Shown: positions 9,222-17,927 of the stretch, piece after piece
How positions within the stretch are numbered: position 1 is the stretch's first letter
Layout of the letters: every line of letters starts with the position of its first letter
DNA from: Candidatus Limnocylindria bacterium
GTDB lineage: Bacteria; Chloroflexota; Limnocylindria; P2-11E
Assembly (NCBI GenBank): GCA_035651155.1
Contig: DASRGG010000005.1
Coordinates: 74,503 to 138,502, forward strand
Direction of reading: 5' to 3'
Length of the DNA: 64,000 nucleotides
Notes under the pieces: model-generated
The model's input: only the letters and a program-made list of their open reading frames with translations
Database searches by the model: none
What the model was told of the DNA's origin: nothing
Made by a program: the position numbers and the translations under genes

Positions 9222-10997
9222 CTAGGGGGCGGTGAACCCCTCGTAGATCATCGCGTTGTCGCCGCCGGAAGCCAGCTCGACGACGATGCCGTTGATGGAC
9301 CCGGTGCCGCCGTCGGCCACCACCGAGTATTGCGTGTCGTCGGAGAGGGCGCTCACGTCGCGCGGGTCGACGCGGATCGCCGAGCCCGGCGTGATGGGGA
9401 GGGTCTGCGTGGTCACGAGAGCGCCGTCGCTGAAGCGGTACCACGAGAGCGTGACGCTCACCGCGGACGAGGACTGGATGATGAGCGGCGTCGTCCATCC
9501 GGCCGCGCCGCCGAGCCTGCGCGTCACGTTCGGCAGGAAGCTCTTCCCGGCGACGGTCGGCGTCGCGGAGTAGGCCATCGCGGTCGCCTCGCTGTTCACG
9601 TTCACCTGCCCGGCGAGGCTCGCCCCCGGCGCGGAGACGACGAACGAGTAGTCGCCGTCCGGGAGGCAGCCGCCGATCGCGCTCGACGCGCAGAAGGGCT
9701 GCGTGGTGTCGCCGTTCGCGTACCGCACGTCGAAGACCTTGGAGGCGCCCGGCCGGATCGCGCCGAGCGCGTACGTGCGCGCCGTCCCGCCGCCGTGCGG
9801 CGTGAACGCGATCGTCGGCGACGCGGCGCTCGTGCCCAGGTTCTGGACCACGACGGTCGCCGACCGCGATATGCCGTCCGTGTTCTTCGGCGCGTAGGCG
9901 CCGAAGAGCGTAGCGCCGCCGACCACCACGCCGCCGGTGCTCCCGGCCTTCGGATGGACCTGCCACGGCTGGTCGTCCTGCGTGTTCACGACGACGGCGA
10001 GGGGCTGCGACGCGGTGACGGTGACCGCGTACTGCGTGCCGTCCACGAGGCCCGGCTCGACGTTCGGATCGATGAACTGCGAGCGGCCGGCGTCGATGGT
10101 GCGGATCGACGTGACGGTCGGCGCCGTGCCGTCGAAGGAGACGAACCGCGCGGTCGCGGTGGTCGCGACGGCGCCGAGGTTCTGGATGACGAACGGCGTG
10201 TCGAAGCCGAAGAAGCGCCGCGTGATGTTCGGCAGGAACACGCTCGTCGCGCCCGCCGCCGCGCCGACGTACGACATGGCCTCGGCCTCGTCGCCGCTGC
10301 CCTGGTGCTCGTTCACGACGGACACGACGGTCGAGCCGTAGCTGCGCACGACGACCGCGAACTGCGAGTCGCCGGGCAGGTAGGTGTCGTTGTTGGGCAC
10401 GTCCGCGTAGGAGGTGCCGGGCGCGAGGCTCGGCACGACGCGGCAGGTCACGAGCGACCCGTCGGAGAACCGGTAGAAGGAGATCTCCAGACGCGTCGCG
10501 GCGGTGCCGGTGTTCTGCACGATGAACGGCGTGTACCAGCCGCCCGGTCCGCCGAGCGTCTTCGTGACGTTCGGGAGGTAGACGGTGCGCGTCGGCGTGC
10601 CGCCGGTGCATGGCTGCGCGGGCACCTGGCCCGGCTTCAGCATCGGGGCGTCCTGCCTGGTCGCGCCGTGCACGACGAACTGCGGCGAGTCGTATTCCTG
10701 GTAGACGCCGCTCTGGTCGAGGAATTCGAGCTGCTGCGCCGCGGTGACGAGGTCGTTCGGCGGGAAGTCGATGCGATACGTGCCGTCGGCGGCGGTGCGC
10801 GTGAAGCACGTGAGCTTCACCGGGCCGAGGATCACGCAGATGTTGGCGAGCGGAGCACCGGTGGAGGCGTCGAACGCGATCCCGTAGATGTAGCTGTCGA
10901 ACGCGGCCGCCTGCCCGCCCGACAGCCCGAGTGACGCGATGACGAACGCGAGGACGACGGACAGCCTGACGGCACGGACGACACGTGTGGGGTCCAT
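9222..10997 (-). CDS. Secreted protein: N-terminal CarboxypepD_reg-like domain followed by four copies of an uncharacterised ~110-aa repeat (LPNVT[KR]..GG..GW.TP.I[IV]QN)
   Basis: Signal peptide VVLAFVIASLGLSGGQAAAF. The CarbPepD-like segment is IYGIAFDASTGAPLANICVILG...ADGTYRIDFP. Four internal repeats begin YLPNVTKTLGGPGGWYTPFIVQNTG, FLPNITRRFFGFDTPFVIQNLG, (degenerate) ATVVVQNLG, FLPNVTRRLGGAAGWTTPLIIQS. Confidence 0.55.
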   Translation of the reverse strand: MDPTRVVRAVRLSVVLAFVIASLGLSGGQAAAFDSYIYGIAFDASTGAPLANICVILGPVKLTCFTRTAADGTYRIDFPPNDLVTAAQQLEFLDQSGVYQEYDSPQFVVHGATRQDAPMLKPGQVPAQPCTGGTPTRTVYLPNVTKTLGGPGGWYTPFIVQNTGTAATRLEISFYRFSDGSLVTCRVVPSLAPGTSYADVPNNDTYLPGDSQFAVVVRSYGSTVVSVVNEHQGSGDEAEAMSYVGAAAGATSVFLPNITRRFFGFDTPFVIQNLGAVATTATARFVSFDGTAPTVTSIRTIDAGRSQFIDPNVEPGLVDGTQYAVTVTASQPLAVVVNTQDDQPWQVHPKAGSTGGVVVGGATLFGAYAPKNTDGISRSATVVVQNLGTSAASPTIAFTPHGGGTARTYALGAIRPGASKVFDVRYANGDTTQPFCASSAIGGCLPDGDYSFVVSAPGASLAGQVNVNSEATAMAYSATPTVAGKSFLPNVTRRLGGAAGWTTPLIIQSSSAVSVTLSWYRFSDGALVTTQTLPITPGSAIRVDPRDVSALSDDTQYSVVADGGTGSINGIVVELASGGDNAMIYEGFTAP

Positions 10998-11093
10998 GTC
11001 GTGACTAACGACGCAGGTGCCATTTCAGTTTCGTCGGCGGCGACCGCGTGGTGTACGAGCCTCGGGCCTTCGCGAGCTGGGCGCCTCGCTCGT

Positions 11094-11123
11094 TGTACGT
11101 CTACATGTACGTTCAGATGTACG
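11094..11123. promoter_or_regulatory. Three TGTACG hexamers at 12-nt spacing (with a fourth at about 11052) in a divergent intergenic region
   Basis: tTGTACGtctacaTGTACGttcagaTGTACGATG. The last hexamer abuts the ATG at 11124. The region lies between the minus-strand repeat-protein/sigma operon start (10997) and the plus-strand RelE/ParE ORF. Candidate operator. Confidence 0.3.
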
Positions 11124-11507
11124 ATGGCGGCGCTCCTCGCGCGCGACCGGCGCGACGCCGGTGAGACGTCGCGCCCGCTCGCGGAGCTGATCGCCGAGCG
11201 TCGCGGTGCCCGCCCGAAGCGTCGCACGCCGCGACGCGCGCATGCCGCGTATCGCGTCCACGTCCAGCGATCGGCGGAGCGCGATCTCGAGCTCCTCGCG
11301 CCCGCGCTCTTCGATCGGATCGCGAGACGGCTCGTCGCGCTCGGCGCGGTTCCGCGGCCGTCAGGAGCGGAGAAGCTCGTCGCGATCGAGGCCTATCGCC
11401 TTCGTGCGGGCGACGACCGCGTCGTGTACGAGGTCAACGACCGCACGCGCGTCGTGATCGTCACGCGGATCCGGCATCGCCGGGAGGTCTACCGGAGGCT
11501 GCGCTGA
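11124..11507 (+). CDS. RelE/ParE-family type II toxin domain protein with about 40-aa N-terminal extension
   Basis: The C-terminal 85 aa (YRVHVQRSAERDLELL...LVAIEAYRLRAGDDRVVYEVNDRTRVVIVTRIRHRREVY) matches the RelE/ParE consensus (RLRvGdyRviYev.d..v.V.ri.HRreiY). No intact upstream antitoxin ORF found. Confidence 0.55.
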   Translation: MAALLARDRRDAGETSRPLAELIAERRGARPKRRTPRRAHAAYRVHVQRSAERDLELLAPALFDRIARRLVALGAVPRPSGAEKLVAIEAYRLRAGDDRVVYEVNDRTRVVIVTRIRHRREVYRRLR

Positions 11508-11753
11508 ACGATCGCAAGGACGAAGACGTCGGAGCGCTCGAGGCGGGGGGCACGCGCGCCTTGACGATCAGTCGGCGCTGATCCGGCGCGCGATCGACCG
11601 CGAATACCTCGGACGGGCTCGGTGATCGAAGGCGGATCGTTTGCGCGCCATCCGCAGCGCCGCGGGAGCGTAGCGGGGGCGGACCGAGACCGGTGCGGAC
11701 TACGTCGAGCGCATGCGTTCCGGGCGGCTCGCGCGCCTTTGCGCGCGCGCGCG

Positions 11754-12143
11754 ATGAGGTACGCGATCGATACGTCGGTCCTGATCGACGTCCTGCGCGA
11801 GTACCGGCCTGCCGTCGAGCTCCTCGAGCGGCTGGCGGAGCAAGAGGCTCAGCTGGTGAGCTCGTACGTCGTTCGCACCGAGGTGCTCAGCGGGATGCGT
11901 CGCGGTGAAGAGCGCGGCACGCGCGCGCTCCTGGAGCTCGTGGAATGGCTGCCTGTGGGGGAGCCGGAATCCGAAGCCGCGGGAGCGTTGGGGCGGAGGT
12001 GCGCCGGGGCGAACCAAGGGCTCGACACCCCCGACCTGCTGCTCGCGGAGGTCGCCGAACGTCAGGGTGCCGAGCTGCTCACGACGAACGTCAAGCGCTT
12101 CCGCGAGATCTTTCCAGGCATCCGCGCGCCGTACCCGTACTAG
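11754..12143 (+). CDS. vapC: PIN-domain ribonuclease (VapC-like toxin), apparently without intact cognate antitoxin
   Basis: MRYAIDTSVLIDVLRE... carries the N-terminal PIN acidic motif, and ...LLTTNVKRF is the C-terminal PIN signature. The upstream 240 nt contains only frameshifted antitoxin-like fragments (..ALIRRAIDREYLG). Confidence 0.65.
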   Translation: MRYAIDTSVLIDVLREYRPAVELLERLAEQEAQLVSSYVVRTEVLSGMRRGEERGTRALLELVEWLPVGEPESEAAGALGRRCAGANQGLDTPDLLLAEVAERQGAELLTTNVKRFREIFPGIRAPYPY

Positions 12144-12178
12144 CCGTACCCGTACTAGAGGACGCGGATCGGCGTCGC

Positions 12179-13303
12179 CTACCGCAGGGGGAGGCGCTCG
12201 ATCGCGCGCAGCGCGGAGAGGCCGTCGCCGATGCCGCCGATGAGATACGCGTCCGACCCGGTGACCACCAGATCGCCGAGAGCCCGCGCGATGGACGGGC
12301 TGGCGAACTCCGACCACGCGTTCGTCGCGGGATCCCAGATCTCCGCGCCCGCGACCGGGACCCAGTCCTGACGATCCGGGAGCTGGCGCGATCCGCCGGT
12401 GATGAGCACGCGGCCGTCCGGGAGCGCCGCGGCCTGCTCGATGAGACGCGGCTCCACCAGCGCGCCCGCGTAGGTGAACACGCCGCGCGCGGCGTCGTAG
12501 CGCTCGGCGGTGTTCGCCGCGGCCTGCTGCCCGCCGATGATGAGCACGTCGCCGTCGCGCAGCGCGACCATCGCGTGCTGCACGCGCGGGACGGACATGT
12601 CGGGACCGGGCGTCCAGAGGTCCTTCGCGGGGTCGTAGATCACCGAGCTCTTCATCGGCGCGCCGATCTTCGAGAGGCCGCCGGCGACGAGCACGCGCCC
12701 GTCGCGCAGCGGCGCGATCGAGAAGCGCACGCGCGGCTCGGGCAGCGGCGCGGCCTCGGTCCAGCGATCGGCCTTCGGGTCGTACAGCTCGCTCGACGCG
12801 AGCGGCACGGTGCCGAAGTTCCCGCCGGTGACGAGCACCCGCCCGTCGCGGAGCGCGGCCGCGCCGTGATCGCTGCGCGCCTGCAGGAGCGGCGCCGCGC
12901 GGCGCCAGCGGTGCTCGAACGGGAGGTACACGTCGACGCGGTCCGACGAGTGGAACGCCTTCGCGTACCACTCCACGCCGCCGGCGATGACGAGGCGATC
13001 GCCGCCGACCTGGGTCATGGTGTGGTGGAGGCGCCCGGGGAGCGGCTGCTCGAGCACCCGGAGCGTGTCCGTGAGCGGATCGATGAGCTCGGTCGCGGGA
13101 TTCACGACGCCGGGATCGTTCTCGTCGAGCCCGCCGAACACGAAGATCTCACCGGTGGGAAGGAGCGTCGCGCTCGCGTACGCGCGCGGGCGCGCGAGCT
13201 GCGCCATGGTGGTCCACCCGGCGTCCTTGAAGCCCTGCGGCGCGCTCGCCCCCACCAGTACGGCGACGGCGAGCGGCACGACGAGCGTGCCGACCCACCT
13301 CAT
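12179..13303 (-). CDS. Kelch-repeat (galactose-oxidase-like) beta-propeller protein, secreted
   Basis: 374 aa. Signal peptide MRWVGTLVVPLAVAVLVGASA. Six repeats of the Kelch signature (...GGxx...G....ELYDP....W; e.g. VLVTGGNFGTVPLASSELYDPKADRWTEAAPLP). The start ATG overlaps the stop of the upstream amidase (caATGAgg). Confidence 0.75.
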   Translation of the reverse strand: MRWVGTLVVPLAVAVLVGASAPQGFKDAGWTTMAQLARPRAYASATLLPTGEIFVFGGLDENDPGVVNPATELIDPLTDTLRVLEQPLPGRLHHTMTQVGGDRLVIAGGVEWYAKAFHSSDRVDVYLPFEHRWRRAAPLLQARSDHGAAALRDGRVLVTGGNFGTVPLASSELYDPKADRWTEAAPLPEPRVRFSIAPLRDGRVLVAGGLSKIGAPMKSSVIYDPAKDLWTPGPDMSVPRVQHAMVALRDGDVLIIGGQQAAANTAERYDAARGVFTYAGALVEPRLIEQAAALPDGRVLITGGSRQLPDRQDWVPVAGAEIWDPATNAWSEFASPSIARALGDLVVTGSDAYLIGGIGDGLSALRAIERLPLR

Positions 13304-16300
13304 TGCACTTGGAGGGTAGCCGAGCCTCCGGGCACGCCTTGACCCGAGAACCAGGTGACGCCTTCCTGCACGAGGTCGAACGTGAGCGTGTACGTGCCCG
13401 CGGTCGCGGGCGCCTTCACCGTCGCCACGAGGGCGATGCTCTGACCCGGCTGCACGTCGGTCGGCAGCGCGGTGCGCGCGCCGTCCCACACGTACAAGAG
13501 GCCGGCCGCCGTCGAGAGGTGGTAGGCGAGGTTCACCTGCGACGCGCGCAGCCACGGCATCGCGCCGGTGTTCGTGAGCGTGACGCCCACGTTCGCCGTT
13601 CCCGCGACCGGGGCGCTGATCGGGTTCCCCGCGACCACGTACGTCGCGCCGTAGCTCGGCACGACCGCGGTGAACGTCCTCTGCGGCGTCTGCATGCCGT
13701 TGCCGGAGAACCACGCGACGCCCTCCTGCACGAGGTCGTAGCGGATCGTGTACGTCCCCGCGGTCGCCGGCACGCCCACCTTCACGGCGACGGTGCGGAG
13801 CTCGTTCACCTTCATCCCCGCGAGGCTCGTGCGCAGGCCGTCCCACACGACGGTGTTCCCGGACGCGTCGTAGAGGTGGTAGCTGAGGTTGACGCTCGCG
13901 CCCCAGTCGAAGTTCGAGAGGTTCTGCACCTTCACGTTGAAGGTCGCGGGCATCGCGGTCGGCAGCGTCGCCGGCGTAGCGGAGACGTCCAGCGATCCGC
14001 CGTAGAAGAGGTTCGCGGTCGAGCCGACCTGCACCGGCTGGTCGAAGGTGCGCACGTCCTTGCCGCTGAACCACGCCACGCCCTCTTCGACCATGTCCCA
14101 GCGCAGCGTGTACGTGCCGGTGCCGGTCGGGAACACCAGCGACGCCTGGAGGCTCGCGGAGGCGCCCGGCGCGACGTCGGCGGGCAGGCTCGTGCGCAGG
14201 CCGTCCCAGACGACCGTGCGGCCGGCGCTGTCGCTCCAGTGGTACGAGAGGTGGATCGGGTTCGCGCCGCCCGCGGACCACGCGAAGCTGCTCGTGTTCG
14301 TCACGGTGATCGGCACGCTCGCCGCGCTGCCCGAGACCGCGAGGGTCTGCACCGCGGGCTGGTAGCTCGCGCCGTACGTCTTCACCAGCGGGCCCGCGAC
14401 CGGCGTCGAGAGGGTGCCGGTGGCGACGCCCTTGGACGAGAACCACGCGACGCCTTCCTGCACGAGGTCGAAGCGCAGCTGGTACTGGCCGCCCTGCGGC
14501 GGCGCGGTGACCTGCGCCTGCAGCGTGACGGACTGGCCGGGGGCGAGGTCGGCGCCGAGCTTGGTGCGCGCGCCGTCCCACACCGCGGCCACGCCCGCGG
14601 CGGTGTACCAGTGGTAGCCGAGGGTGACCGGGTACGAGCTCGTCGTCGGGAACACGCCGCGCCCGGTGTTCGTGACCGTGACGGGCACGGTCGCGGTCTG
14701 GCCCGCGCTGAAGGTGGGCTGACCCTGGACCTGGTACGCGGCCTTGAAGTCGAGCGAGACGCCCGTGGGCGTGTCGTCGGGCGCGACGCCCTTGTCCGAG
14801 AACGCGAACTCGTTCTCCTTGTAAAGGTCGAGGTAGTTCGTGTACTGCGTCGGATAGGTCGGCGCGGTCATCGGGAACGTGAGCGTCACCGACTGGCCGG
14901 GCTGCACGTCGGCGGGGAGCGCCACGCGCGTCGCGCCCGGGAAGGTGTTGCCGGTCGCGTTGGAGACCCACTTGTAGCCGAGGCGCACGGGGTTCGCGCC
15001 GCCCGCGGGCCACACGCGGCCGCCGTCGTTCTGCACGGTGACGGTGATCTGCTTCGTCTCGCCCGCGACCCACGCGATCGGCACGTTGTCCTTGACCCAG
15101 TCCGCGCTCCAGTCGGCCGAGTTGAACCACTGGTCGCGCACCGGCGTGCCCTTCAGCGTGTTCCACCACTGCGTGCCGGTCTGGAGATCCCAGCGCACGA
15201 TGTACGACCCGATCGCGGGCACGCTGAACGCGACGTTCACCGTCGCGGCCTGGCCCGGCGCGAGCGGCGCGGGGATCGGCGCGAGGGGGCCCTGCGCCTG
15301 GACGACCGCGCCCTTCGAGAGGATGCGGTACGAGACGTTCGTGCCCGCGGGGATCGCGGTCTGCCCCCTGTTCGTCACGGTGACCGGCACGCTCACGACC
15401 GCGCCGGGGAACCCGGCCTTCGGGAGCTGCGGATCGATGTAGGGCATGTCGAAGTAGCCGGCGTTCACCGCGTTCTGCGCGAGGCGGCGCAGCCCGTCGA
15501 TCATGTTGTAGATCCCGTTGCCGGGGCAGGCGGTCTGCCCGCCGTGCTGCGAGAGGATGTAGTTGCAGTCGCGGTGGCCCTGCACGTTGGGCGGGTTGCT
15601 CGTGATGTTCACCCAGCTCCCGTCGGGCGCCTGCTCCTGGTGCGTGAACGTGTCGTTGCCGTAGGGCTGGATCCCGAGCTGGGTCGCCTTGATCGCGACG
15701 ATGTTCGCGATCGCGCCCTGCAGCGCGCTCGTCGGCTGCGCGATGGAGTAGTCGCCCAGGGCGGCGATGCCGATGGAGCCGTTGTTCCAGCCGTACGCGT
15801 GACCGGCGATGACGTTGTCGCCACCCTGCCGGCCCGTCCAGATGTTGCCGAACTTGTCGACGAGGTAGTTGTAGCCGATGTCGCCCCAGCCGCGCGTGAC
15901 CGCGTGGTAGTAGTAGATCGCGCGGATCGTCGCCGCGACGTTGTTGCCGCCGTCGTCGGTGACGGTGTGGTGGATGACGAACTTCTGCGCCTTCTGATAG
16001 CGCGGCGGCCACTGCATGAGGTTCTCGTCCGCCGCCCAGTCCTGCCGCGTGAGGATGCGCGACGAGCCCACCGGCGCCGCGTCGGCGTAGCTCCGTGTGA
16101 AGTCGCTGAACGCGCCGGCCACGTCGTTCAGCAGGCGCGCGAGCGGGCCGGCGTTCAGGTCGCTCACGTCCATGAACGTGAGGTTCACGCGCGCGATCGC
16201 GTCGGGGTCGCCGCTCGTGAGCCACACGCGGTACTGCGCGTAGCGCGCGGCTGTTTGCGCGACCGGCACGGGCGCGGCGAAGTGCTCGTTGCTGAGCTCG

Positions 16301-16761
16301 TCGGTCATGTCCTCTTCTTCGTTCATCTGGCGCCAGCCGCTCCACAGGGCGCCGTCGCTGGAGGTGCGCGCCTCGACGAAGATCGTGTCCTGGGCGCCGG
16401 GCGCCGCGATCCAGTGGATGCCGAGCCGGTCGAAGACCTGGCCCGCGTCGATGACCTCGGATGAATAGAGGAGCGTCGCGCCGCCGGTGCTGCCCGCGTC
16501 GGCCGCGCTGATCCGCGCGCCGCTCGGAAGAGAGAGCGCGCCCGCCGCGCCCCGGGCCGGGTGCGACCGGGAGACCTCGCTCGCGACGATCCGGCCGCTG
16601 GCACGCGGGGAGGCGACCGCCGGCGTGCCGAAGTTGGGGAGGAGGGCGAGCACGAGCGCGCCGATGAAGAGCGCTATCCGAAGGCGCGCGTGGCGTCGGC
16701 CCAACCGGACCTCCTTCTTCCTCTGCCACGCTTCCCCGACGCCGAAGCTGGATTCTGACAT
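13300..16761 (-). CDS. Secreted N-acetylmuramoyl-L-alanine amidase (Amidase_2/PGRP domain) with about 7 tandem four-tryptophan (FW/NBR1-like) Ig-like repeats
   Basis: The catalytic domain is FVIHHTVTDDGGNNVAATIRAIYYYHAVTRGWGDIGYNYLVDKFGNIWTGRQGG...AGHAYGWNNGSIGIAALGDY. C-terminal repeats of about 110 aa follow the pattern TVTNTG...W..GGANP[VI].LSYHW.D..G..VVWDG.RT.LP.DVAPG.S.TL...P...GTYTLR.DLVQEGVAWFS. Signal peptide present. Confidence 0.8.
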   Translation of the reverse strand: MSESSFGVGEAWQRKKEVRLGRRHARLRIALFIGALVLALLPNFGTPAVASPRASGRIVASEVSRSHPARGAAGALSLPSGARISAADAGSTGGATLLYSSEVIDAGQVFDRLGIHWIAAPGAQDTIFVEARTSSDGALWSGWRQMNEEEDMTDELSNEHFAAPVPVAQTAARYAQYRVWLTSGDPDAIARVNLTFMDVSDLNAGPLARLLNDVAGAFSDFTRSYADAAPVGSSRILTRQDWAADENLMQWPPRYQKAQKFVIHHTVTDDGGNNVAATIRAIYYYHAVTRGWGDIGYNYLVDKFGNIWTGRQGGDNVIAGHAYGWNNGSIGIAALGDYSIAQPTSALQGAIANIVAIKATQLGIQPYGNDTFTHQEQAPDGSWVNITSNPPNVQGHRDCNYILSQHGGQTACPGNGIYNMIDGLRRLAQNAVNAGYFDMPYIDPQLPKAGFPGAVVSVPVTVTNRGQTAIPAGTNVSYRILSKGAVVQAQGPLAPIPAPLAPGQAATVNVAFSVPAIGSYIVRWDLQTGTQWWNTLKGTPVRDQWFNSADWSADWVKDNVPIAWVAGETKQITVTVQNDGGRVWPAGGANPVRLGYKWVSNATGNTFPGATRVALPADVQPGQSVTLTFPMTAPTYPTQYTNYLDLYKENEFAFSDKGVAPDDTPTGVSLDFKAAYQVQGQPTFSAGQTATVPVTVTNTGRGVFPTTSSYPVTLGYHWYTAAGVAAVWDGARTKLGADLAPGQSVTLQAQVTAPPQGGQYQLRFDLVQEGVAWFSSKGVATGTLSTPVAGPLVKTYGASYQPAVQTLAVSGSAASVPITVTNTSSFAWSAGGANPIHLSYHWSDSAGRTVVWDGLRTSLPADVAPGASASLQASLVFPTGTGTYTLRWDMVEEGVAWFSGKDVRTFDQPVQVGSTANLFYGGSLDVSATPATLPTAMPATFNVKVQNLSNFDWGASVNLSYHLYDASGNTVVWDGLRTSLAGMKVNELRTVAVKVGVPATAGTYTIRYDLVQEGVAWFSGNGMQTPQRTFTAVVPSYGATYVVAGNPISAPVAGTANVGVTLTNTGAMPWLRASQVNLAYHLSTAAGLLYVWDGARTALPTDVQPGQSIALVATVKAPATAGTYTLTFDLVQEGVTWFSGQGVPGGSATLQVQ

Positions 16762-16932
16762 CAGAGAGCAGGGTTGTCTCTCTCGGAAACGAATGGGGCG
16801 CCGCGGTCGTCACGCTGGGCGGGTGCAATTCGCCATCAGATGAGCAGGCAGAAAGACGAGCGCATCTCAGCGGCGTGCAAGCGTCGGACGTTCGATCTGA
16901 CGATGAGCTTCGCACATGCTGTGTGCTAAGTT

Positions 16933-17178
16933 GTGTGCGTGCGTCTGCACATAAGCCTTGATCCGAAGCTCGTGAAGGCCGTGGACAGACGCGTCGGGAA
17001 ACGCAAGCGGAGCGCCTTCATCGCCGACACCGTCCGGCGCGCGCTCGAGGACGAGCGGCGCTGGGACGACATCCTCGCGTCCATCGGATCGATCCCGGAT
17101 TACGGCAGCGACTGGGGAATGACCCCGGCGGAGTGGGTCCGCGCGCAGCGGCGGCTTGACCCGCGACGCGTGGGTTAG
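16933..17178 (+). CDS. vapB: Ribbon-helix-helix (CopG/VapB-type) antitoxin
   Basis: GTG start. VRLHISLDPKLVKAVDRRVGKRKRSAFIADTVRRALEDE is a classic RHH fold. The stop TAG immediately precedes the vapC ATG. An imperfect inverted repeat (TGTGCGtgcgtcTGCACA) overlaps the start and is a possible operator. Confidence 0.7.
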   Translation: MCVRLHISLDPKLVKAVDRRVGKRKRSAFIADTVRRALEDERRWDDILASIGSIPDYGSDWGMTPAEWVRAQRRLDPRRVG

Positions 17179-17574
17179 ATGGCAGCGATCTTCCTCGACA
17201 CGACCGTACTCGTCGACGCCCTCCGTGGCGGACCGGCGGGTGCTCGGGTGCGCGTCCTGAGGCGAGACGGCTTCACGCCGTTCGTCTGCGCCATCAACGT
17301 CGACGAGCTTTGGCGTGGCGCGCGTGGCCCGACACAGGAGAAGGAGGTCGCTCGGCTTCTGCGCGGGCTTCGTGTCGTGCCGCTCCGAGCCGAAGAGGGT
17401 GAGCGTGCCGGCCGGTGGCGCCGGGACTTCGGCGCCCGCGGGATCACGCTCGGCCAGGCGGATTGCCTCATCGCCGCCGCCGCGGTCACGGTCGGCGCAC
17501 GCCTGGCGACGGCCAACGTCTCTGATTTCCCGATGCCGGAGCTCGTCGTCGAGGACTGGTCGGACTCGCGCTGA
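17179..17574 (+). CDS. vapC: PIN-domain toxin VapC
   Basis: MAAIFLDTTVLVDALRG...NVDELWRGA...DCLIAAAAVTVGARLATANVSDF shows the PIN acidic residues and the C-terminal motif. Confidence 0.75.
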   Translation: MAAIFLDTTVLVDALRGGPAGARVRVLRRDGFTPFVCAINVDELWRGARGPTQEKEVARLLRGLRVVPLRAEEGERAGRWRRDFGARGITLGQADCLIAAAAVTVGARLATANVSDFPMPELVVEDWSDSR

Positions 17575-17927
17575 GGCAAGCTACGCACCTGCCAACACCT
17601 TCACGTACTCGGCAGCCCACTCCAAAAATCTCGGCCACGCGGCCGCGCCCTTCGGCAGCGGCGGCGGATAGAGCCCCGCGCCGGCGAAGACCGCCCTTTG
17701 CTCCTCGAGCATCCGGACGGCAGCGACGGCGTTCGCGAGGTCGCTCCGCTTCGCGCTCCCCGGAGGAGCTCGAAGATCCGGTGCACGGCCGCGAAAGTCC
17801 GCGACCAGCGCGTGTAGCGCTGCGGCAGCGGCTTGAGCAGCGCCCCGATCTCTTCGCTCATCGCGAGCGAGTAGCGGTCGGCGTTGACGGCACGGAAGCT
17901 CTTCACGACGCCCGCAGCGGGATCGGA

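Noticed and set aside
7986-10934. 982-aa plus-strand and 708-aa minus-strand ORFs spanning sigma, small protein and repeat protein
   Set aside because: Arg/Asp/Gly-rich, no domain signatures. They overlap three well-supported minus-strand genes in other frames.
13304-16915. Upstream 1200 codons of the 1578-aa minus-strand ORF, and the 1053-aa plus-strand ORF, over the amidase gene
   Set aside because: Only the last 374 codons (the Kelch gene) are protein-like. The remainder is an Arg/Pro-rich off-frame reading of the amidase gene.
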